A stretch of DNA of 64,000 nucleotides from Styela clava (Eukaryota): contig NC_135263.1 in assembly GCF_964204865.1 (NCBI RefSeq), forward strand, positions 9,610,001-9,674,000. The letters run 5' to 3'. The notes under the pieces were generated by a model. That model saw nothing but the letters and a program-made list of their open reading frames with translations. It did no database searches and was not told the DNA's origin. The first letter of the stretch is position 1. Every line of letters begins with the position of its first letter. Both the position numbers and the translations under genes were made by a program. Below are positions 53,929 to 64,000 of this stretch, piece after piece.

Positions 53929-55620
53929 TTTTTGCCGACTTCGGTATTTGTTCAACTTTAAAACAAATAGGAATGGCAAAAGTCGGTTTGTGCTGCTAGC
54001 TTTATAGTGAAATAGTTCCGGTAATGAATCATTATATTAACCTCAGCTTGTTTTTTTAATGAAAAAAAATAGATGAGAAAAAGTTTCTCAATCAACTATT
54101 AGTGCACATTAAAACTGCATAATGTAGAAAATTGTATTCAAACGCAAATACGGTTCATTTAAACGTGTGTTACATCAACATGCATTAAACCTAGAACCTA
54201 ACCCAAATAATCGTAAACTGTATCCATATGGAAATGTTCCAACTTACCCAAAGTTTGTCACCATAAGGGGCAGTCCTGCCATTACAGCCTACATGCCATG
54301 GTTTGTGGAAGCACAATTTTACCCACCATGGTTTTCGATTTGCTGCCGTGGTACCCCGCCTCGCGCCATTGGTTTGTGGCAGTCAAAAAATCAGCCGCCA
54401 TAAACATAAAAAAACACCTCAATTTCGCATAGCTTGGTCGAACTTTATCGACAAATATTTATTTGATAGTATTTAAATTTTATGGAATTTAGTTACCAAT
54501 GTTTTGTTGAATGACTATCGCTACCTGAATACGTTTCGACATAGGAAAACTATAGAGGATGTTTGTGTTTAACACACAGATGCAAGAAAAATAGAGTGCC
54601 ACTGTCTTTAAGTTTTAAAAAAATTAAACAAAAAAATCACTGCGTCGCACTATCGGCCTTTGGTTTGCTAATTGTACGCATTTTTCATTTCTATAGAGGT
54701 ATAGAGAACAGGAAATATTTATTCCGCTATCGCGAAATGCGAGATAAACGCACACTAACTAATAAGTAATGCATTTCCACCTATTATAAAAGTATTTGTA
54801 TTACGAATAAAAGTTTCATAACATATCGTGTTATTCATATATAATATGAAAAGTCAAAAAAATTTCAGATGTCTCAGTAATATTCAATATTCTTATCCAA
54901 CTACGCTTCCTTATTAGACATTGTTATTCCTGTCTATTGGCCAGTGATATAACTAACTACCGACGGGTGGTTTCATTCTGAGCCAATTTACGCCAATAAA
55001 ATGTTGGTTTGCATATGTGTGGTAGCACTAACATTAAATAATATCGTAAATATTGTCTGATATTTCCTTGCGACCGATTTGATTTTCAAACGGGAAACAA
55101 ACAGGCGACGTGAATGATCATAGATTAAAAAAGGAAGTAAATGACGAATAACTCAAATATTTGATTTAGTTATACAAGATCCTTAGCAGGAAGTAAGACG
55201 TCCGAAAGTATCGTTTCGTCTCATTCTATTCTTCACAATTAGCTTTGCAAACGATTGAAGCCCAATGAACAGTTATATAGGACACATGGTATGAATGTTC
55301 TTTTTCCAATCACAAAATAGTCTCACAGGTTGGATTTTGTGCCAATTCACTGCAGAAAATTTATTAAAAGAATTCATTCAAATCATCACCACTCGTTCTA
55401 TCTTAGACAATATTATCAAAATCTCCGGGCTACGTATTGTAATATGTTCGGCACATTTTCAATATATCGGAATTCCTTCCTTATTCATTGATTTTAATCA
55501 CTTCGATATAAATCCGCTATGCCACTATAGGGTTTTACCTATTTTTTAATAAAGTAATTTTCTAAATTATCTTGCATACCAAAATTCAAGCCAATCTAAG
55601 CGACACTAAAATATAAGGTG

Positions 55621-55865
55621 AAAACGAGTATATCGGTCGGAGACCGAAGACTTATCGATCGAAACTGCGGTTTCGATTCATGACTCTATAGTGACACCGC
55701 GTGTTCCATCAGTAATTATTTGATAACTCGCTAATTATACGACATAATTCATCCAAAATCAATAGGCTTCTCGTCCGATTTGGAGCAGATTCAACCTCGC
55801 TTTCGTGAGATATCGCGTGCATCTAACAGACAGACAGACAAATACCGATCAAGATCGATAAGTAA
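55621..55865 (-). mobile_element. Helentron-associated (HINE/DINE-like) element, family B
   Basis: Terminal hairpin TCGGTC-gga-GACCGA (55633-55647), perfect 11-bp subterminal inverted repeats ACTTATCGATC (55650) / GATCGATAAGT (55853), internal (GACA)n tract. Confidence 0.72.
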
Positions 55866-56132
55866 CAAGAGAGCTGTGCTCAAATATATGTATACGTCAC
55901 AAGGTGTCGCTATTTTTTATTTTGACACATAAAAAACGAATCTATTGAAGTCCACAGAAATTTTTGAAATAAGTAAAAGCCTTCTGACAAAAAAATTAAT
56001 CTTCCAATTTCAAAGCAATTGGTCCAGTATTCGAAGGGAAAAGCGATTTCATCATGACGAAAGAGAAGAGTACTAACAAGAACAACAACATAATATTGAA
56101 ACGATCGTTATGTACACTGACGTGTCCAATGA
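55864..56132 (-). mobile_element. HINE family A, second copy
   Basis: Collinear with 39438-39828; hairpin GAGC-tgt-GCTC; ACGTGTCCAAT end. Confidence 0.65.
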
Positions 56133-56779
56133 AGGACCTTCTGGCACACCCAGTAAATCATCGAAACAAGAAGTTGTAGAAGAGAGAGAGGAAATTTTCT
56201 TTTGGAATTTGCCATTTCTGAAGAACAGAACGGTTGTTGAATATAAATATTCTTCGCGATCTTTTGAGAAGCATTAATTTTTTTGGGAACAATTTGACGG
56301 TGTTGGCACAGCGACTTCTAATCGGATCAACCTTGATATATATCACATCTCTATCAATTTGCCATGATGTTGCTTCATTTATTAGAGATTATGGTTCCAA
56401 ATCTTGGTCTCAGTTGCACCAGGAAGATGTGATACAACATTTACCCGGAGCTGAATTTTTAACATTGAGATGTCAATCAGATGAAGACAAGTCAGGTTTA
56501 TTTTTCCAACTAGTAAATAAATAAAAAAACAAATGAACACAGAAAATACGAGAAAAAAATGAAAATTACTGTTTTACTGGGGGAGGGAGGTCGCGTGTAA
56601 CCAAAGCTGGTTATCGAGCAGCGATACCCAAGGTTCAAATATCTAATTTGGAGAAAGTGAAATTTTAGAGTTAGGAAACTACTGTATTTGGTGGTGAGTA
56701 CCGTACGAATCATTAATCTAACACCGCTTAATAGAGATAGTTAATTTCCTGATATTGCATTAAAGGGTCGGAAAACCAA

Positions 56780-57924
56780 CTCTCTCTTTTCCAGTCGTAT
56801 CTGCAGTATGGCATTGTAACTTGGGGTAGTGCGTCATCGACTCTACTCCACAGATTAGAAGTTTTGCAAAACAAAGCAATTAGAACCATATGTAGTGCAC
56901 CTTTCCGATCTAGACTAGATCCTTTGTACCACAGGTGTCGAATTATTAAGCTTGGTCATATCCATGAATTTGAGATACTGAAACTCATGCACCAGTACTT
57001 CGATACCAAGCTTCCCATGGCATTCGCGGGAATTTTCAGAATGCAGAGTAATATCCATTCATACTTTACTAAATCAGCTTCGTCAAGTTCATATTATGTT
57101 CCAAGATATTCATCAAGCAGGACGCAGAAATACATAAAATACACGGGTGTGAAACTGTGGAATGCCTTACCAAGTACCATTAAATCTTTAGGCTATTACG
57201 GTTTCAAATTATATCTAAAAAGTAAATATATTAGTTATTATCTCTCTTCCATCAGCCATTGATTGGAGTATTCAGTATAATTCGCCTTCTGTTCATAGCC
57301 CAGTAGTCGCATTTGTAGACTGTCGCCATGGCTGCCCAAAAAGCCGACGGAACTATAGGTGTAAGGAGTCTATTTCTAAAGTACCCGGTACTTTACCAAC
57401 CTTGGTGCAACCTCTACGCTAAAATGCCCAAATTCATTATATTTCAATTTATTGAGCAAGCATATGCCTACCATCCTTAATTTTATGCCCACTTACTGTG
57501 GAGCGTTTTGTATATATATATATATACATATCAACGTTTTGTGATCCCTTTGGTGTAACCATTTTCCCTTCGCTCGTCTTTTGTCTTTTATGTAACTTAT
57601 ATACATTTATCCAAATATGCCTTTTTTATAAATTTATACTTGAGTTGTTTTTCTTTTTTTTCTATTATATGATTTTAGTAAAGTTGCGTTTGCTGCGAAT
57701 TTTTTCAATGATTCAAAATATGTTCATCATAACGACTATTGCATAGTCAATGTTTGTAGCAATACTGAACCAGTAACAGCGCTTTAGGTGTCGCTGATTA
57801 AAGACCTAATAAGGTCCTTCGCGACTCCTGTCGCACAAATATCCTTATTATTATATTTATTTCCTGTACCATTTTTTGGGCATTTGATGTTCTTGTGACG
57901 ACGAATAAATGATTGATTGATTGA
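56780..57924 (+). mobile_element. 5'-truncated CR1/L2-group non-LTR retrotransposon (ORF2 C-terminus + 3' UTR)
   Basis: FQSYLQYGIVTWG...LQNKAIRTI...IHSYFT...YTGVKLWNALP (ORF to 57262). Ends in AATAAA followed by an (ATTG)n tail at 57904-57924. Confidence 0.85.
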
Positions 57925-60615
57925 GAACTAATTTTCGAGCAGCGACACCCAAGATTGTATTATCCATATAAAAAATCCAAAATTTGAAACTACTGTTGTT
58001 AACGGTGAGTACCGTGTGAATTTTGTGAATTATCTCACTAACATCTCATACTAGAGATGAAAAATCAATAAAACTTATAGGCCGCGAGCCGAGGCCCTGA
58101 AAAACGCCTAGAAAGTGAGTTTCGTAGCGCACATCAGGTAACTACCTGAAAATGATTTTAAAATGTTCCTTAAAAATTTAGTAACAAATATTGCCTTGTT
58201 CCCACTTCCAAAAGTTGCACGTTTTACGGAAAAGACGCTTTTACTACAAGAAATATGTGCTACGATCTGTCCTATATTCTCTACATTTTCGGCACTGAAC
58301 AATGACTTCTGCATGACGTAACAATTGAATTAAACCAGCTGTTAGCGAGCGGATGAATATTAGTTATTTCTGCTCGACCTTGCGCTGAGTTGGGCAGGCT
58401 TTCCATAGCCCTGTTTAGTTATTATTAGTTAAGTTATGCTAAGACGTTGTTGAAAAATGTATAAGTAAATTATTAAACACTTGTAGATCCTTACCACGGA
58501 TATGGGCCGTGAGACGAAACCACGAAAACGCCCAGAAAATGAGTTTCGTAGCGCACTTCTGGTAACTAAATAAATTCTTCAGTTTTGTGTGAAAACGAAC
58601 ATAATGAACGCATTACAGCTTGTTCCACAATCCTGGTGCGAAATTGAATATAAGAGGTTCCCGGAAATTCAATAACCATAAGTTTACAACGCATACATAA
58701 GAACTATACAATTCGAGAGCCCTACAGCACACTAACACAAATGTATTCCTGTAATGTTTTGCCTGACCAAAATCGGACTTCCTCAGTCAATCATAATTTA
58801 TTAGGTAGATTACGAAAAATATGGCATACATGTAACCAACAAAAAAAAATACTTTAATTGTGTGACAGGAGTCGGGAGTGACCTCGAAAGCAGCGACACC
58901 AACAACGCTGATTCACATTTGAGAATAAATTTTATGTAATAACCACAAGCAGTTTACAACAAGAACAGCATAAAAAGCTACATCCATTTTATAGAAGCTA
59001 TCAAGTATCAAACGTATTTATTTTTAAGCAATGAAGTCACAAATTAACATCGTGAGCACGAAAACACAAATAAATCAGTTATTTCTCACTTAGAAATTTA
59101 CCGCAAAAGTCAAGAAAATTAAATGAATGTACAATATGTACATAACATAGTGAACAGAAATTTTACAATTAATCTTTTTTTAGTTTATGTGGTTATGTAT
59201 TTGAACAAAGGCAATAATATTTCTAGAAACAGGACTACGACACTAACAAATGTCCGAAAAAAAAAACAAATGTATGATACTTATTAAATCAACTGTAATA
59301 TCTAATTCACTTTCTTCTGAATTGTTTTCGAAATCCACTATCTCAAAAATCGACTTTTCCTCTATAGGTGTACTGTGATTTCTGCAGTCAATACAAAAAC
59401 AAAAATCTATGCAATTTAAGTTGATTTTGGCACACTTTCATAAATTATTTTGACTATTTTTCTTTGCAGTTTGCCAACTCAAGAACTGATTTGAGGGCCA
59501 CATGCTTCTTCAGTGAATCATTGTTGGGTGGAGAGTATAATCCTTATGTTTGACAGTGTTAAATAGACGTGCCCTGGTATCATTTACATTCTTCATATCC
59601 TCTTCAAATTCCTCAGCTTTATTTATTAATACCTCGTTAACCTCAAAAGATCTTCATAGTCGAGGGAAAAAAATGAATTGAAAATCTCAATGAAGTCTCC
59701 AACATGAATTTGATGGGCAGTTCCAATTGCAGAAAAGTGCTAAAGTATTTCAATATGAATAGCCCATCTAAGCTGTTTGCAACTATTATGATTCTCATAT
59801 ACCTTTAAGCTTCAAGACTTCTTGTTTAATCCATTTTATAGCACTGATAGCAGCAGGGATCAGAGCCTGCGTTAGGTCGGATTGGTGGAACATTGCCGTT
59901 TTCTTTTGTAGTACAGTATCTAAAATAAGGAAGAAAATAATATTTGGAGCAGCATGATTTTAAAAATACCCCTAAATACTAACTAATACCTTGAATACAT
60001 AATGCATTTTATCTGATGTACGGTACTAAATGAGCGTATATATGCTCATTGCATGTTCTACAGTCCAGCAGTGTTTGCATACCATTACTAGACTATATCT
60101 ACACTAAATTTTGATATATCACAGTCTGAAATGTCCTATGACAGTATGAGTATGGACTATAGACTATATTTTGAAACATCAACTGTTTGTCTACAACTTC
60201 ATTTCTCACCTCTCAATCATTTCCAATGCTACCTTTCTTTCCACTCCGGCATAACTTATCATTGCTTCCCAGGTTCTTGTCGACTCTATGAATTTATATT
60301 TAGACCAACCGGCATTAGTAAAATTGATTAATTTCTTCTCTTTCACACAACCGTGCATTACAGAAACAGCCATTCATTTCTATTTCCAAATATGCTGTGG
60401 CCTATATAGTAGTATAAGTCTGCTGAATAGTCAAGAAGAGTCATTAAATTAATCATAAACATTTCATGCAAGCCAGAAAATATCGTTGTTTGTGACATAT
60501 TATTCTAGGTCTAGCCTTCCTTGGAGTTACCGCACCGTACCTATTTAACAAGGTCTTATGAGCTAGTGCTCAACTAAAATTGCTATTTATGGCAAGGATG
60601 TACGAGTGTTTAATA

Positions 60616-60617
<2 letters not shown>

Positions 60618-60650
<33 letters not shown>

Positions 60651-61530
60651 GGGATAATATAATAAATTATAACAAAAAGTATATAACCATTCGAGCAATC
60701 ATAAGATAAATAATCCAATATTCATTTTTTATATGTCCATTCCATCAGTGTTTGAGGTGTTGATCGCATCGGCATACAATTCATCAATTTTTAGTATATT
60801 GAGTTAGATTATGTACAATAAACGTAAAAAATTAAATATATTAGACATGTTCATTCTAATACATACTAAATTTATACACACTAGATTTATAGTTCAAATA
60901 CAATTCCTTAGTATTTCAAATTCTCTGACAAAATTTGGTGATTTTCTATTTTTTTCAATGTTGAGTCTGTAAGTGATTGCAGTTTTTATTTGTTTGATAA
61001 CTAGGTGCTGATTAGGGGGATTACCTTCGAATATAACAGAATTTCTTTGTATCCATATTTTATATCTAGTGATTGAAATTAAATAAACAATAATATCTAA
61101 ATCTCGTCTTGTAATGTAACAAATAGCTTAAATCCAATAAAACACAAGTTTCATAATTTTTCAAAAGTCTGGCATTATTTAATTTCCTAACAGTATTTTC
61201 CATAAAATTAAAAACATAATCAAAATATTCACAATTCATAAATAGATGGCTAACAAATTCTGGTTCTTTTCCACATAACACACACATATCATTTCCTGCT
61301 ATATTTCTTATTCCAGGTTTTGTTTTTACTGGTAAAATATCCCACATTAACCTGAAAAGTTTTCATATAGTTTGCCAGAATATTATTATGAATATTCTCA
61401 CATGCAATATTTAAATTACAATTGCGTAGAAAAATTAATCTGTCCCCAGTCATAGAAATAACAATTTTTTTATAAATAGTTTTATGCATATCTTCTTTTA
61501 TATCTGTACTACTTATGTTATGCCAATGAC
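60618..61530 (-). mobile_element. 5'-truncated L1/Tx1-like LINE with poly(A) tail
   Basis: zf-RVT-type motif DILPV...CVLCGKEPEFVSHLFMNC (61066-61347), frameshifted upstream. A 30-nt poly(T) on + at 60618-60647 is the tail. The 5' boundary is approximate. Confidence 0.82.
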
Positions 61531-62714
61531 ATTAAACAACATGATAGGCAACTCTGACGTCACTCCATAAGACTACATACGAAAGATTGTATTTCATGAT
61601 ACGCTCCAATGCACATATTTCTCGTCGTCTTTCGCGACCGTTTTCCACTCGCTTTTGCTACTCGGCGTCTTCTTTACGTGTAGTACCTGCCGTTTTGAGA
61701 CTGTAACGAAAGAAAATAATCTCTATATCCAAGAAGTTTTGCTCACTTGGAAAGCTGGAATGGCAGACAAGCTGTAAAGAGTAATTCTGGACATCATAGA
61801 CGTTTTTTTTATCAGAGAAGATTGCATACGCGATAGCGTAAAGATTTATGTGGGACATTTTGCAGATAATGACAAAGTTCAAAGTTAGTAATTTTAATGT
61901 TTGGCTTAAACATTGAAATTTCATTTAAAGAGAGTGTCATGCAAAACAGCAAAACTGCTGTGATACAATTCCATAACACAAAGTTTGCACCTATCGAACT
62001 TGCTTTAGTAGGTGAATTTTTTTAGACATATTTAGTTAATCGTAGGTAAAATTGCTGGTACATAATGCCTCGTAGATAGGTTTGTGTCTAAATTTAGGAA
62101 ATTAGCTCATAGCCCACTAATTAATATTATCTTCTATGCAGGAGGTTGCAGGGCAGATTTAACTTGCAGCCTTACCGATCACCTGACGATGCTCATTTAG
62201 TTTGGCTCGAACAAGTCTTCTTGGAAGACTTGTGTAAATGGAAACTACCTATATGTTTTGCCTTCCTCCGATTTTAGAAGACAAATTTATTCTGAGGGAT
62301 TCGCATATAATTCTCATTAATTGTTTGCTGTATATAATTCCTATTAATGGTGTAACTGACTATAACGAGTGGCTGAACTGGTTTAATGAATGACAAATTG
62401 AACAATGTGCTTCAGAGAATTTTGTGAAATGCAGAAATATTGCAACTCCCATTTTTTTCGAAAATGCCATCTTCTTCATGTACTTTGCGTTTAATTTAGT
62501 CACTCAAGTGTTTTATTCAAGTATTCTTTTGCTAGCTTGATGTGTATTCTTAAATGGGTCAAAATGTAAACAAAAAAAAATTAATTTTTCAAAACTACTC
62601 TCAGTAAATTGTTTTCTGTGTGAATATTCAATTCCACTTTGAAAAGTTTAAAAAATCTGTTACATTTAGATAAAAAAACTTCCAAAATACTATTACAATT
62701 ATTGTTAAGCGTTC

Positions 62715-62761
62715 GAGGGCCGCACTGTAAGTATTCTGGGGCCGCGAGTTTGACATCCCCG
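62715..62761. mobile_element. Single end of a Charlie-like MITE
   Basis: GGGCCGC repeats plus GAGTTTGACATCCCCG, followed by an NTCTAGAN target (gtctagat). The other end was not found. Confidence 0.45.
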
Positions 62762-64000
62762 GTCTAGATTGAAGTTATCCAAAATATATAACAGTATTTT
62801 ATCATGAATCATGATTATACCCTTTCCTGAATTTCTTCTATAGTACTACCAAAAGTTGATGAACCAAATATAACGCAGGTGAGTGATCCGTAATCTTTGT
62901 TTTTCAAAGCTGTTTCAAGTATGTCTGGCATGTTTAATGCCTTTTCACAAATAAGACCGCTTATGCAATCTTACGCATTGGAATTTTTAGTCATTTTCTT
63001 CAAGCCTTGCAGGATGTAGGGGCCATACGCAACTCTACCGGAGGGTCAAATGCCTTTGCATGCCTCCATAGGTTGTTCTTCTATTGCAAACATCTATGGA
63101 GTATTCTAATTATATTTCTTGGAATCACACTGTCACTGATATGTCGCCAGACTTCTGATATCTCCCCTTCTGCTACAGTTATCCTGTGAATAAATAATAG
63201 GAAATTGAGGTTAGACGAATAGTTGAAAGTTTTGCTTTATGTCGGCTTAATTTTTTGAAATTGATATACTTACTATTTTTGCTATTGCCTCTTGTGCTGC
63301 AGGAGTCTCACAATGTTTAGACAGGTTTGTCCACAACTTTCACATCTGAAGAAAGAGAGGAGATTTATTAATTTTCGTTAAGAATAAATAAAGCAGTCTA
63401 TATGATTTAGAATGGAAAAGCTAATAAATCTCATGTTTAATGTAAAAAATGTTTTACTGAATTTGGTATATAAATCAACTAATAAAAGGGTTTAGTCAGA
63501 AAATTACAAGCACTCGTGGCAAATACCTGAGAGATCAGACTATACAATATAGACCGGTATGAGTGAAATGTTAGGTGAACTTGTTAACCCTTTGATTCAA
63601 TACGCAAACAAAAGTGAATGAGCAATAGTATGTTACAGCAATGAATATATATTTCTACACTGATTAGAAAAATCTAAATGGAGGTGCATGAACTATTTGA
63701 AACCATAAGGGGTAAGTAAATATGCAATTTCGGCAAATGGGCAACTACGTACCGTACTGATTTGATAACTTCGTAGTATTTGACAAAAGCTGGCTTTCCC
63801 ACATGTACTTAACAGTGCTATGCCCGGGTGTGATATACAACAATAGTATTTACCTTACCTTTTTCCGATTTCTTTTTACCTTCAATTTTCCAAAATATCA
63901 TTAAAATCGACAACAACTGTCAAAGCAGGCACGAACACCATTTGTGCCACTGCTATGCCTCGAAAGCAGCACACATCCGCTCGTTTTCGTCTCGTCAAGT

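Larger units (their letters stand above)
32683..55611. repeat. Four-unit head-to-tail segmental tandem array (CK last intron/exon + CysD gene + upstream flank)
   Basis: Units start at GGCAGT at 32683, 38571, 45240 and 50920 (about 5.9, 6.7, 5.7 and truncated 4.7 kb). The ORF track repeats in register. Confidence 0.95.
59290..63345 (-). pseudogene. Decayed spliced coding relic, possibly from a DNA transposon
   Basis: Stop-ridden coding-like blocks, some with AG/GT flanks: CESCGQTCLNIVRLLQHK (63345-63273, C2H2-like), ~63185-62820, ~62500-62250, and VNDTRARLFN...PPNNDSLKKH (~59590-59500). Interrupted by the LINE. Confidence 0.3.

Noticed and set aside
33582-54769. Recurring short ORFs in the array (MQLMQPPF..., MVLHNRMN..., MCLIHRCK..., antisense CK and CysD ORFs)
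   Set aside because: They recur only because the DNA is duplicated; starts and stops differ between units and no domains are evident.
1-64000. CRISPR arrays, rRNA, tRNA or prokaryotic defence systems (DNMT2 as a restriction methylase)
   Set aside because: None seen by eye. The sequence is spliced eukaryotic DNA, and the methyltransferase has the DNMT2-specific CFT motif.

Overview
AT-rich, intron-containing animal genomic DNA. The compact introns, creatine kinase, MADF-BESS gene and CysD proteins fit a marine invertebrate such as an ascidian, but the taxon is an inference. Gene models were spliced by hand using GT-AG sites and phase checks. In order: a MADF-BESS transcription factor (-), intronless DNAJC24/DPH4 (+), DNMT2/TRDMT1 (+), an unusually long TFAP4 (+, ~979 aa), a secreted coiled-coil + 3xTSP1 gene (+), and a convergent pseudogenised paralog of it (-) whose exon 1 carries a 3-kb hAT-type element with two further hAT elements inside. 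A cytoplasmic-type creatine kinase (+) follows. From 32.7 to 55.6 kb lies a four-unit tandem array. Each unit carries a copy of the CK terminal exon (+) and an apparently intact gene for a 250-aa secreted protein with two mucin CysD (WxxW) domains (-). The right end is transposon debris: Helentron-type HINEs, CR1/L2-group and L1/Tx1 LINE 3' ends, and a decayed coding relic. Most notable are the CysD mini-protein array with its captured CK last exons, a CAGCTG cluster upstream of TFAP4, a candidate DNAJC24-DNMT2 dicistron and the nested hAT insertion.
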